Source: Minisyncoccia bacterium (lineage in GTDB: Bacteria; Patescibacteriota; Minisyncoccia; Phycocordibacterales; UBA6065). Taken from it: a stretch of 64,000 nucleotides of DNA. The stretch covers positions 80,701-144,700 of the forward strand of contig JBIIJY010000001.1 of NCBI GenBank assembly GCA_044233485.1. Direction: 5' to 3'. The notes beneath the pieces were generated by a model that was given only the letters and a program-made list of their open reading frames with translations, did not search any database and had not been told where the DNA came from. Position numbers and translations under genes: made by a program. Shown one piece after another: positions 9,801-18,708 of the stretch; the stretch's first letter is position 1; each line of letters starts with the position of its first letter.

Positions 9801-10712
9801 TTATTTTGCTGCCACTGGAGCAACTTTAAGCACTTTCTTTTCGCAAGCTACACTACAACCAGTTTTTCCCTGCGCCTCACAATCTTTACAAATTAAGAAC
9901 TGCTTGTGGCACTGCATATTCATACAGTCGCCGAAGTTTTCTGTTGGCGCTTTACAGAGCTTACACTTCCCGATCGGTACACGAGCCGGATCTGTCTCAT
10001 AGGTCATCGTCTTTCGCTTATCAAATGTATAGAGCGAGCCAAGCCAATCTTTTCCTGGATACTTTTTCATATATGAGACGATTCCGCCGGAGAGCTGATA
10101 CACATCCTTGAAGCCGTTGGCCACGAGAAGACCACTCGCCTTCTCACAGCGCACTCCACCAGTACAGACGGTGAGCACTGTTTCGTTTTTATGTTTCTTG
10201 AGCTTTGGAAGAAATTTCGGCAACTCACGGAAATGCTTCATCGGTGGCAAGATCGAACCTTTGAAATGACCCACCCAGTGCTCATAGTCATTGCGCATAT
10301 CGACAATTTTGAATTTCTTCCCCTTTTCAAACCACGTACGGAGTTGTTCTGGACTCAAGTATTTTCCAGTGATCTCTCGCGGATCGATATCTTTTTTTCC
10401 GAGCGTGAGGCTGACAATCTCTGGGCGAGCTTTGATTGAAAGTTTCGGAAAAGCATCTCCCGTACCTTCGGAGAGCTTCCAGTGAATATTCTTGAAACCT
10501 CGAAGCTTGTTCATGTACGAGACATACTTTTTCACATTTTTCTCAGTACCCTCAAGTGTTCCGTTGATTCCTTCTCGGGCAACGATAATACGGCCAGTGA
10601 AGCCAAGTTTCTCACAGAGAGCGCGTTGTTCATCCCGAAACTTCTCTGGATTACGGATGGTCGTGTATTTGTAATAAAGTAATATCTTGTACTGAGGATT
10701 CATGAGCTTCAT
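9801..10712 (-). CDS. trhO: Rhodanese-domain tRNA uridine(34) hydroxylase (UPF0176/TrhO)
   Basis: LLYYKY, GRIIVAREGINGT, DMRNDYE, CTGGVRCEK, C-terminal Cys cluster. Confidence 0.9.
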   Translation of the reverse strand: MKLMNPQYKILLYYKYTTIRNPEKFRDEQRALCEKLGFTGRIIVAREGINGTLEGTEKNVKKYVSYMNKLRGFKNIHWKLSEGTGDAFPKLSIKARPEIVSLTLGKKDIDPREITGKYLSPEQLRTWFEKGKKFKIVDMRNDYEHWVGHFKGSILPPMKHFRELPKFLPKLKKHKNETVLTVCTGGVRCEKASGLLVANGFKDVYQLSGGIVSYMKKYPGKDWLGSLYTFDKRKTMTYETDPARVPIGKCKLCKAPTENFGDCMNMQCHKQFLICKDCEAQGKTGCSVACEKKVLKVAPVAAK

Positions 10713-10730
10713 ACTATCTACTGGCAAGGC

Positions 10731-10773
10731 AAAAGCAAGAGGGCGGGCACTTCGTGCCCGCCCTCTTGCTTTT
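10731..10773 (-). terminator. Strong intrinsic terminator
   Basis: aaaagcaagagggcgggcac-ttc-gtgcccgccctcttgctttt. Confidence 0.85.
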
Positions 10774-10783
10774 TTAGCGCTGA

Positions 10784-12175
10784 TTAGAATCCTTTACGCT
10801 TCACGAATGTAAGAGCGATACCTGCCTTTCCTGCTCGACCAGTACGACCGATTCGGTGTACATAGTCTTCATAAGTAGACGGAAGGTCATAGTTGATCAC
10901 ATGACTCACCCCTTTGATATCGAGACCTCGAGCTGCGACGTCTGTAGCCACGAGAATATTCACATGATTCTGCTTATACAAATCAAGTGCTCGCTTTCGC
11001 TGAGACTGTCGCTTGTCACCGTGAATACAGTCCGCTTTAAATCCGCGAGCGATGAGCTCTTTGGTAAGTCGATCCGCCGAGTGTTTCATCTGAACGAAAA
11101 TCAATACCTTTGAAGCGCCGTCTTTGAGGAGCTCAGTATGAAGTACTTCGAGCTTCTTTGACTCGTCACCGTATTCCACCACATCCTGATCAACGAACTT
11201 TGAGGTATCACCAGTCTTCACTGAAATCATTTTTGGATCTCGGAGAAATTCACCAATGAGTCGATTGACCTCTGGAGTAGTCGTCGCTGAGAAAAAGAGC
11301 GTCTGTCGAGATTTAGGAGTTTTTGAGACAATGTATCGCACGTCAACAATGAATCCCATATCAAGCATTCGGTCTGTTTCATCGAGAACGAGATGTGTAC
11401 ATTCCGAAAGGTCGAGAACGCCACGCTCGATCAAGTCCTTGATTCGTCCTGGTGTACCGATGACAAAATCGTTCACGTACCGGAAACTTCGTTCCTGAGC
11501 ACGCATGTTCGTACCACCAATACACAATACTGAAAAGAGTCCCATGAGTCGTGAGAGTGAGCGAAGTTCTTCTTCAATCTGCACTGCGAGTTCTCGCGTC
11601 GGAGTGACGATGAGCGCCATGAATGGCTTCTTGTGCTTTGCGTGTTGAATAAGAGGGATCAGAAACGCACCTGTCTTACCAGTTCCTGTGTCAGCAATAC
11701 CGACAAGGTCTTGTCCGGTAATAAGCGGGCCAATCGCCTGATCTTGAATCGCACTTGGCTTTTCATACCCCTTGGCAACAATGTTTTTGTAGAGATTCGG
11801 GTCGAGGGCAAAGTCTGCAAATGTGTGAGTAATCGAGAGTGGTGAAAGAACTGCTGCTGGGTCAGCTTTTTTAATAAATCTTGAGATCTGAATATGAGTT
11901 CCATCACTACGGCCACCGCGACCACCACGGAAACCACCACGGCCTCCGCCGAAGCGAGAACTACCACCACTGAAGCGCGAACGTCCACCAAAACTTGGTC
12001 GACTTCCTCCACTAAAGCGAGATGGGCCAGCACTACGAGAAAAACTTCCTCCACCAGTACTTGGTCGAGAAAAACCAGTGCCACTTGAACGAGGTGCACT
12101 ACTATTAAAACTACTAGTTCGGCTACGACCTACTCCCGGACGGGATGCAGACGCACCACTTCGAAATGAATTCAT
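10784..12175 (-). CDS. DEAD-box RNA helicase with N-terminal RGG/SR-rich extension
   Basis: Q motif, TGTGKT, PTRELA, TPGR, DETD, SAT, ARGLD, HRIGRTGR. Confidence 0.95.
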   Translation of the reverse strand: MNSFRSGASASRPGVGRSRTSSFNSSAPRSSGTGFSRPSTGGGSFSRSAGPSRFSGGSRPSFGGRSRFSGGSSRFGGGRGGFRGGRGGRSDGTHIQISRFIKKADPAAVLSPLSITHTFADFALDPNLYKNIVAKGYEKPSAIQDQAIGPLITGQDLVGIADTGTGKTGAFLIPLIQHAKHKKPFMALIVTPTRELAVQIEEELRSLSRLMGLFSVLCIGGTNMRAQERSFRYVNDFVIGTPGRIKDLIERGVLDLSECTHLVLDETDRMLDMGFIVDVRYIVSKTPKSRQTLFFSATTTPEVNRLIGEFLRDPKMISVKTGDTSKFVDQDVVEYGDESKKLEVLHTELLKDGASKVLIFVQMKHSADRLTKELIARGFKADCIHGDKRQSQRKRALDLYKQNHVNILVATDVAARGLDIKGVSHVINYDLPSTYEDYVHRIGRTGRAGKAGIALTFVKRKGF

Positions 12176-12291
12176 ATTGTCTAAAATAAGATTAAGACGA
12201 GTCCCAGAAGATGCACTCGTCTTATATCGAGAACAATACGTATCTTTAGAGAATCGTTACTTCGTATTATAACATATAATGTATAAAAAAG

Positions 12292-12332
12292 AAAGCCCAT
12301 CCCCACTTCGTGGGGATGGGCTCGAAATTCAC
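12292..12332. repeat. 41-bp terminator-containing direct repeat, copy 1
   Basis: aaagcccatccccacttcgtggggatgggctcgaaattcac, identical to 13064-13104. Confidence 0.9.
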
Positions 12333-12340
12333 TACTGCAG

Positions 12341-12913
12341 CTAATGAGCTAATTGACGCCTCCTAAGTTCAGACTGCTTCTCGATAAGTGCAAGAACCTC
12401 ATCGCAGCTAGCACAGATCTGCATATAACGACCATCGAAATCAGGGTCTTTAATGTTCTCGAAGAGGATCAAGGCTCCGACGGTTTTCAATTCTCGATAC
12501 GGCCACCCATAAAGAGTACAAGCCCCGCCCTCTTCCGATTTAAAACAGATTCTCTTTCGGTCTTTCGCCCCAGCAGAGAAGGTGTCTGTTACCGTAAAAA
12601 TACCCATCGACCAATCATCATACGGGTGCGCTAGAAGCGCATAATCGACGCCATCAACAATTTTTGCGACTTCAGCACGTGTATTCGGCTTATGAAATTT
12701 CCAAGTATGCCTAGGGAAATATCGACGCAGGTGTGGAAGCGGATTCGCACTAAACTCCAAACAGTTCTCAATATAGCCGAATATAGCGCTGAGTGTGCTG
12801 AGCATGGTCTCAGAGGTATTATTACCTATCTTTACCTCATCGAAGGGACCACTCATTACAAGGGCTGCGTTTCGCGAGAGATACGACTCATCACTCTTAA
12901 CATCAATGTTCAT
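12341..12913 (-). CDS. Hypothetical protein (orphan cassette)
   Basis: 190-aa ORF with its own promoter and terminator. Confidence 0.7.
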   Translation of the reverse strand: MNIDVKSDESYLSRNAALVMSGPFDEVKIGNNTSETMLSTLSAIFGYIENCLEFSANPLPHLRRYFPRHTWKFHKPNTRAEVAKIVDGVDYALLAHPYDDWSMGIFTVTDTFSAGAKDRKRICFKSEEGGACTLYGWPYRELKTVGALILFENIKDPDFDGRYMQICASCDEVLALIEKQSELRRRQLAH

Positions 12914-13008
12914 ATAGGACTATCCTACGATCTCACGGATCAGTTCACGCTTGAATTATTTCTTGTTGCCTAGGTGCAGGCAAATCTTACTCTTCGCAAG
13001 ATATACAA

Positions 13009-13037
13009 ATAATAATACACATATTACAGATTGTCAA
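13009..13037 (-). promoter_or_regulatory. Sigma70-type promoter
   Basis: TTGACA-N17-TATTAT on the minus strand. Confidence 0.7.
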
Positions 13038-13063
13038 TATTTTTGCTTTACCAGCTAAAACAA

Positions 13064-13104
13064 AAAGCCCATCCCCACTTCGTGGGGATGGGCTCGAAAT
13101 TCAC
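13064..13104. repeat. 41-bp terminator-containing direct repeat, copy 2
   Basis: Identical to 12292-12332. Confidence 0.9.
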
Positions 13105-13112
13105 CTCTCCGT

Positions 13113-13430
13113 TCATGGACAACTCCGAAGTTTCTTCCACCCAGCGCTTCTCTCTATAGTTGTGAACGTTGCCGTATGCCGAGGCATCAGATTCACGTTC
13201 ATGACTGGCTCCGGAAGTTTCAGATCGACACTATCAAGAGACCACGTCACCCCAAAGACTTCCATCCTGCCCTGATGGACAAGACGGAGTGCCTCCCTGC
13301 CGGTGATCATTCCTGTCCTTGTGCTGTGAAGTCTCGGTGTAGTTCCACCGACCTGGCCAACATTGTAGAGGTGGTAGATGACCGCCACGAGTGGCGTATC
13401 GATTGGATGTGCACTCATTCCCCACCACAC
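13113..13430 (-). CDS. Hypothetical protein
   Basis: ORF ends 8 nt before the repeated terminator, the same spacing as the neighbouring orphan; start uncertain (possibly MSAHP). Confidence 0.55.
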   Translation of the reverse strand: MWWGMSAHPIDTPLVAVIYHLYNVGQVGGTTPRLHSTRTGMITGREALRLVHQGRMEVFGVTWSLDSVDLKLPEPVMNVNLMPRHTATFTTIERSAGWKKLRSCP

Positions 13431-13497
13431 TACAAAGGAGTTGGTCTAATAGCAAGGACTTCCACTAGGGCTCATTTTGTGTTAATTTCTACAGTAT

Positions 13498-13568
13498 TGC
13501 GGGATCATCTAGTGGTAGGATGCAGCTCTCTGAAAGCTGTCACCTTGGTTCGAATCCAAGTCCCGCAG
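13498..13568 (+). tRNA. tRNA-Gln(CTG)
   Basis: Acceptor tgcggga/tcccgca, anticodon arm cagct-ctCTGaa-agctg, T arm cttgg-ttcgaat-ccaag; CCA not encoded. Confidence 0.95.
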
Positions 13569-13601
13569 CAAAATTTTCTAACGGAAGATTTTCCGCGGGA
13601 A

Positions 13602-13734
13602 GCACGCAAATGACTTTGCGTGCGACTTGGATGAGAAAAGGTTGAGTGTATCGCACGGAGCAAAGCGAGTACGATACGAAACCTATACCGTCCATGTAAT
13701 GGAAGAAAAGCGAAGCGGTCCAAGTCCCGCAGCA
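13602..13734 (+). repeat. Structured element with inverted and direct copies of the tRNA-Gln 3' end
   Basis: Inverted tgcgacttggat (13621-13632), internal hairpin gtatcgcac..gtacgatac, direct copy tccaagtcccgcagca (13719-13734). Confidence 0.75.
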
Positions 13735-13809
13735 GTCATGTGATAGGTTCGGGTGACCGAAGGGCGTTAAAATTACACAAAATGCCTAATTTAAACTAGT
13801 ATTAATGCC

Positions 13810-14364
13810 GTGTCGAAAAAACTTAAAAAAATACTCTTGGTTACTTTCGGCATCCTTGTTGGAATAGGACTTATTTTGGTCTTACTTTTTGGGGGTCTAG
13901 TATATCTTTTAAGTGGAGGAAAGATGACAATGCCGAATGATCAGAAAATGATTTCCTCTTTTTACGAACATCAAACAGATTTCGAGACATTAGTAAAAAT
14001 GTCTGATGAAGACTCAAAAGTAACTAGAATCGCTAAAGATTTTACCTGGCTTGATAACACTGTCGCATGGCCACGCTCGGATATTGGTTTTACAGAAGAA
14101 CGCTGGGATGAATATCGGCGTTTATTCAACAATGTAGGTTCCGATACAGGGATCAATCGGAGTAAAGATGGTTCAGTATATATTACAACCTACGCTTTTG
14201 GCCTGGTAACAGGTGGCAATGAAAAGGGATATGTCTACTTGCCAAATCCTCCTAAGAATACTGTTGTTTCAATCGATGACTCAAAATCGTCTGCTCAAAG
14301 CAATATTCCTATTTATCGCCATATTAGTGGTAATTGGTATCTATTTTACAGTTGGGATGACTAG
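13810..14364 (+). CDS. Membrane-anchored hypothetical protein
   Basis: Basic N-terminus plus TM anchor; AT-rich; flanked by tRNA 3'-end repeats. Confidence 0.8.
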   Translation: MSKKLKKILLVTFGILVGIGLILVLLFGGLVYLLSGGKMTMPNDQKMISSFYEHQTDFETLVKMSDEDSKVTRIAKDFTWLDNTVAWPRSDIGFTEERWDEYRRLFNNVGSDTGINRSKDGSVYITTYAFGLVTGGNEKGYVYLPNPPKNTVVSIDDSKSSAQSNIPIYRHISGNWYLFYSWDD

Positions 14365-14372
14365 ACCGAGAC

Positions 14373-14431
14373 GGTTCGAATCTAAGTCCCGCAGCAAAAT
14401 TTTCTAACGGAAAATTTTCCGCGGGAAGCAC
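14373..14431 (+). repeat. 59-bp direct repeat of the tRNA-Gln 3' end and trailer (att-like)
   Basis: Matches 13547-13605 with 2 mismatches. Confidence 0.9.
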
Positions 14432-14489
14432 TAAACGACTTTACATCCTCATCTTTTTTGCAAAATTATGCTAAAATTTTGCACATCGT

Positions 14490-15140
14490 ATGAACAACGA
14501 CTTTTACTTTGTAAAAAGCTTGGAAGAAGATTTTCACACTAAAACCCTCAAGGACAAACGTAAGGTTAATTTTCAATCTGTCCAAAACATGATCCGCACG
14601 AAAGTGATTCATCCAAATACGAAGAGTTTTGGAAGAGAATCTCGTTTAAGTACCACTATTCTTAATCCAAACTATCTCAAGACATATCGCCCACAAGGTA
14701 TAATCTTCAAGACTCGGATAGCCCCTTCATATATTCTTCCCTTTGACCTTGTCGTACTCAGTGATGCAAAGAAAATTGTCGTCCACTATTATCGAATAAA
14801 AGATAATCTTCATTTTTATTACAACCACGAGCTAATCCCCGGCTTCGAGCGATTTGTCTTTCGTGATTTTGCAAAACTCATAACCCGATTCCCTACTCAT
14901 CAGAGCGTCTGGAAAGAAGTAAATGCATTCAGGTCTAAAGCAGGATACAAGAGAATGCCACTTACCAAATGGAGACTCATTGAGTATAACGAAGCGGTAT
15001 TCGAACGACCAATACAAATCACGCCAGTCGCTATCTTTGGCTATGGTAAAAACGCGAGAGCGGTAGCAAGACAGTTTGCACTACCCCACTTTAGGACCGC
15101 TAAAGATTTTTATAAAAAAGTGGTTACCGCTAAGGCATAA
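14490..15140 (+). CDS. Hypothetical protein, possibly ADP-ribosyltransferase-like fold
   Basis: 216-aa ORF; LSTT and YNE motifs; function speculative. Confidence 0.65.
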   Translation: MNNDFYFVKSLEEDFHTKTLKDKRKVNFQSVQNMIRTKVIHPNTKSFGRESRLSTTILNPNYLKTYRPQGIIFKTRIAPSYILPFDLVVLSDAKKIVVHYYRIKDNLHFYYNHELIPGFERFVFRDFAKLITRFPTHQSVWKEVNAFRSKAGYKRMPLTKWRLIEYNEAVFERPIQITPVAIFGYGKNARAVARQFALPHFRTAKDFYKKVVTAKA

Positions 15141-15173
15141 TATCTTTTCTTGTATTATTCAAGAAAGTTACAC

Positions 15174-15371
15174 ATGACACACACTCCCGACCCAAAGTTC
15201 ACCCTTCCTCTCCTCGCTATCCTCTCCCTCGCCTGCTCTCGAGTGACTTTCTTTTTCATCAACGACCCAGAAGGCCCAAACCTACTCATTGTCGTTGTCC
15301 TCGCCCTACCCATCTTCGCCATCTTTTCAGTAGCATTACACTTTCTACGGAAAATAAAAATCAGTCGATAG
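15174..15371 (+). CDS. Small 2-TM membrane protein
   Basis: Two hydrophobic helices around NDPEGPN. Confidence 0.65.
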   Translation: MTHTPDPKFTLPLLAILSLACSRVTFFFINDPEGPNLLIVVVLALPIFAIFSVALHFLRKIKISR

Positions 15372-15391
15372 TCTCCCAGAGTAAAAAAGCA

Positions 15392-15421
15392 CCCCTACGG
15401 GACGGCTTGCGCATTGAAATT
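15392..15421. repeat. 30-bp duplicate of the 3' end of the AdoHcyase-like gene
   Basis: cccctacgggacggcttgcgcattgaaatt, identical to 16570-16599. Confidence 0.9.
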
Positions 15422-15498
15422 TGCACACCTTTGTTGAGACACCTTTCCTCAACTACTTACTATAAGTATACTTAGCACTACTCTAATTTAAGCTAATT

Positions 15499-16029
15499 AT
15501 GTCTAACTTTTTAGTAATAATTGATGGGCCGATGGGTTCAGGAAAAACAACCATCGGTAAGATTCTTCACAAAGAGCTCAAAAGAACAGCGGTCTTAAGT
15601 ACTGATATGATTAAATTTTTTCTCTCCGATTTTGAGAGAGGTGAACGAGACAATGCCTTGACCGCTTCTGTCTTAAGACAAATGTGCAAAGAATACATAC
15701 GAAATGAAATCAATCTTGTACTTGCACAAGGCTTCTGGAAAAAAGAATATCTCGAACCGTATCTTGAAATAGCAAAAGAAAATAATTTGGAAGTCTTTAT
15801 ATATCAATTAGAAGCACCCAAAGAGTTTCTTCTTGAACGGATACGGAACCGACCAAAACCGGAACTGGCACGCACCCCCGTCCCCGAAGAGCGAATACAA
15901 AAGAATCTTAAAACTTGGGAAGAAAATAGATACTCACTCGGGAAAATATTTAACGTCACCGCCCAGTCCTCTGAACAAATCGCGGCGGAGATATTACTGG
16001 ATTTAAAGAAGTTCAACTTCTCAGAATAA
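15499..16029 (+). CDS. P-loop small-molecule/nucleotide kinase (AAA_33-like)
   Basis: LVIIDGPMGSGKTT, STD, LID-like ERIRNR. Confidence 0.85.
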   Translation: MSNFLVIIDGPMGSGKTTIGKILHKELKRTAVLSTDMIKFFLSDFERGERDNALTASVLRQMCKEYIRNEINLVLAQGFWKKEYLEPYLEIAKENNLEVFIYQLEAPKEFLLERIRNRPKPELARTPVPEERIQKNLKTWEENRYSLGKIFNVTAQSSEQIAAEILLDLKKFNFSE

Positions 16030-16101
16030 GATTATTGCTCATACTCGCCTGAAAGGTTTTCTATTAATCACAAACAAGGCTATCTCTTATATACTCTCAA
16101 C

Positions 16102-16518
16102 ATGCACCCGCAAAAACCTCCCCTTCTCTATCACGGTTCAGTCACCCAAGACATAAAAGCACTCGAACCCCGTCACCGCTATTCACCAGCAGGGAAAATA
16201 CACTATGGAGCAGTGTATGCGACCCCGCTTCCCGCTTTTGCTGTCGCCCACAGCTTCCCTTGGTCGAGTGATGAAGGGATCGGACTCGATGTCGTCGGCG
16301 AAACTGTCTCCATCTCCATACCCACAAAACTCCGAGAGCGCCTCTTGCAACCTATTTCGATATACACAGTCTCATCAGCAGATTTTGAATTCACCACAGA
16401 AGAAAGTTCTGGTGCTACCTGGCACAGCAAAGTCGAGGTTCCAGTCCTCGAAGAAGTAAAATATGCGACAGTGGAAGAAGCTCTCAAAAAATACGGAGCG
16501 ACACTTGAATACATCTAG
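16102..16518 (+). CDS. Hypothetical protein, Arr-like ADP-ribosyltransferase fold suspected
   Basis: LYHGS...LEPR...VYAT...IYTV...WHS..EVPVLEE pattern; leaderless start 6 nt after TATACT. Confidence 0.6.
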   Translation: MHPQKPPLLYHGSVTQDIKALEPRHRYSPAGKIHYGAVYATPLPAFAVAHSFPWSSDEGIGLDVVGETVSISIPTKLRERLLQPISIYTVSSADFEFTTEESSGATWHSKVEVPVLEEVKYATVEEALKKYGATLEYI

Positions 16519-16572
16519 CGCTCACCCCCCGTCGGAGTTCTGTAATCCATACTCAAAAATAAAAAACCGCCC

Positions 16573-17778
16573 CTACGGGACGGCTTGCGCATTGAAATTC
16601 GTATACCATTCTTCGGATCCCATTTCTGGATCCCACATTCCCCTAATCTGTTCAATGATCAGACCGAGGTCAACACTCTTTTCCACATTGACTCCAGCCA
16701 AAAGGTGGATCATGAGAAGAGCGATTGTGAATTCGATTTGTCTCGGCGGGATAGGAGTACTGGTGCCATCAAAGGTGATCGGAAAACCACCGTTCACGAG
16801 CACCCGCGACCCACGAGTGTAGTCGTGGTGGACTCCGCTATCCACCACTCGAAACAATGCCGACGGAAACTCTCGATCCGAAGACGACATACTTATGAGC
16901 ATCACTTCGGGATGAAGCGTATCGACATCACCTTCCGACAAGACACTACTCCCGGTAGTGCCAACAATCACGTCATACCGGCTGAGGTTTCGCTTCGCAG
17001 TATCAACGTCGATATACGCCCCGGGAGGGATCATGTCGAACACCCCTTTGCAACCAAATGGCTCACCATGAATCTTTTCCGGATGTGCGTCGAATACTGA
17101 TCCGGTGAGGCGACTGAGACCAAATAGCTGACCAGCAATCTGTCGCCCGATATGACCGAGACCATACACAAGCACATTAGGTGAAGTCCGTCTGTGCTTT
17201 TTGAGGGCGCGGTGAATCCTACAGGCTCCAATTCGGCCAATGTATGGAGACTCGAGCATAAGCTTGTGATATGAACGTGCCACAGAGACCCACTCAAATG
17301 ACACACCTGCCTTCACAATTCTGAAGTGACCAGACGAAGTCTGCTCGATCCCAAACACTTTACTCGGATCGAGTTTTTGCTCGTTGACGATGAGGTGCAT
17401 ATGTCCGCCATCATCGAGAACAATGATCTTACTGTATCGAGACAGATCTCGACGGGCGAGCTCTCGCGTGACAAACGCGCGAAGATGATCCTCGAACCAT
17501 GAGTCAAAGCGGGCACGAGGATCAAACTCAGTGCTAAATGGTGCAACGACACAGCCGAGACCGACAAGTCTTTGCAACACCGCTTCACTCGTTGAGTAGT
17601 TTTTGCCGAAAATCACACAGTTCTGAGCAGGCAAGCCCAGCGCAAGTAACGCCTCAAACATTCTCTGCTGAGGCTCGAGTAGGTGCTGACAAGCAAAGAG
17701 AAGAACCCTCTCGAGTCGCACCCCACTGAAGATTTCTTTGACTCTCTGCAAGAGGAGAAAATCGTAATTCATATTCAA
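16573..17778 (-). CDS. Divergent S-adenosylhomocysteine-hydrolase-like NAD-binding protein
   Basis: ACQHLL, KNYST, LDDGG, IEQTSSG, Rossmann VYGLGHIG, GTTG; own promoter TTGACA-N16-TATAAT at 17795-17822. Confidence 0.7.
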   Translation of the reverse strand: MNMNYDFLLLQRVKEIFSGVRLERVLLFACQHLLEPQQRMFEALLALGLPAQNCVIFGKNYSTSEAVLQRLVGLGCVVAPFSTEFDPRARFDSWFEDHLRAFVTRELARRDLSRYSKIIVLDDGGHMHLIVNEQKLDPSKVFGIEQTSSGHFRIVKAGVSFEWVSVARSYHKLMLESPYIGRIGACRIHRALKKHRRTSPNVLVYGLGHIGRQIAGQLFGLSRLTGSVFDAHPEKIHGEPFGCKGVFDMIPPGAYIDVDTAKRNLSRYDVIVGTTGSSVLSEGDVDTLHPEVMLISMSSSDREFPSALFRVVDSGVHHDYTRGSRVLVNGGFPITFDGTSTPIPPRQIEFTIALLMIHLLAGVNVEKSVDLGLIIEQIRGMWDPEMGSEEWYTNFNAQAVP

Positions 17779-17874
17779 TGTTCCTTCATATATTATTATA
17801 CAATATATGCTACTAATGTCAATTTGTTCTACCTATACCGTTCACACCCTTTTTTGAAGTACTATATACGAGTA

Positions 17875-18129
17875 ATGAGCACCCCCTACCACCTCTACAT
17901 ACTACGTTGCACCGATGGGAGTCTCTATACCGGAATCACCACCGATGTGGAAGCGCGATTTATTGCCCACAAAAATGGCACTGGCGCCCGCTATACCCGC
18001 GCTCACCCACCTGAGAAAATCATCTACCGAGAAACTCACCCGGACAAAAGTAGCGCCCTTAAACGAGAAGCACAGATAAAGAAACTCTCCAGGCGAGAGA
18101 AACTACTTTTGATTTCTTCTACTCACTAA
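17875..18129 (+). CDS. Stand-alone GIY-YIG nuclease (YhbQ/UPF0213-like)
   Basis: YILRCTDGSLYTGITTD..R...H..G.GARYTR...ALKREAQIK. Confidence 0.93.
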   Translation: MSTPYHLYILRCTDGSLYTGITTDVEARFIAHKNGTGARYTRAHPPEKIIYRETHPDKSSALKREAQIKKLSRREKLLLISSTH

Positions 18130-18203
18130 AACTCAGCAGAGATGATTGCCCTCTAGTCAGCACCGATTTAATTACATACAATGGAAGATATTAACTAAAA
18201 TAT

Positions 18204-18671
18204 ATGAAAAAAATTTGCGACTTCTGTTCAAAATTTAAAAAACCAGACATAGCTATTCTCCTTATCCGAATCGCCATCGGTGCAGTGTTTGTAAACGCTG
18301 GCTGGATGAAAGTAACTAACGTTGAAATGGTTATTGGTGGCTTTGCGTCTATGGGCTTCCCTGCAGCTCTCGCTTATTTTGTCTCATATGCGGAACTTAT
18401 CGCCGGTGCGCTTATTATCCTCGGTGTAGCTACTCGAGGTATGAGTGTTATCCTTGCCATTATCATGGCCGTTGCCACCTTCAAGGTGCACTTCGCGGCT
18501 GGATATAGCCTTGCGAACGGCGGATATGAATACACTCTCACTCTCATGCTTACTCTCATCGGTATCGCTCTCTTTGGTGCGGGGAAATACGCTGTTGAAT
18601 ATTGTCTCTGCAATCGCCACACTTGTGACGCGGATTGCGACTGTGGACACGACACTCCAAAGACAGTTTAA
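18204..18671 (+). CDS. DoxX family membrane protein with Cys/His-rich tail
   Basis: LLIRIAIGAVF..AGWMK, ELIAG, GGYEY, GAGKYA. Confidence 0.9.
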   Translation: MKKICDFCSKFKKPDIAILLIRIAIGAVFVNAGWMKVTNVEMVIGGFASMGFPAALAYFVSYAELIAGALIILGVATRGMSVILAIIMAVATFKVHFAAGYSLANGGYEYTLTLMLTLIGIALFGAGKYAVEYCLCNRHTCDADCDCGHDTPKTV

Positions 18672-18708
18672 GTTTTCTTTACGAAAAACCACCCATTTGG
18701 GTGGTTTT

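Noticed and set aside
12292-13104. CRISPR array from palindromic repeats
   Set aside because: Only two copies, about 770 bp apart, and no cas genes; the same applies to 36381/37452.
13570-17778. Prophage or complete integrative element at tRNA-Gln
   Set aside because: No integrase, replication or virion genes; only short repeats and single-gene cargo.
17875-18129. Homing endonuclease or intron-encoded GIY-YIG
   Set aside because: 84-aa stand-alone YhbQ-like protein; no interrupted host gene and no flanking repeats noticed.
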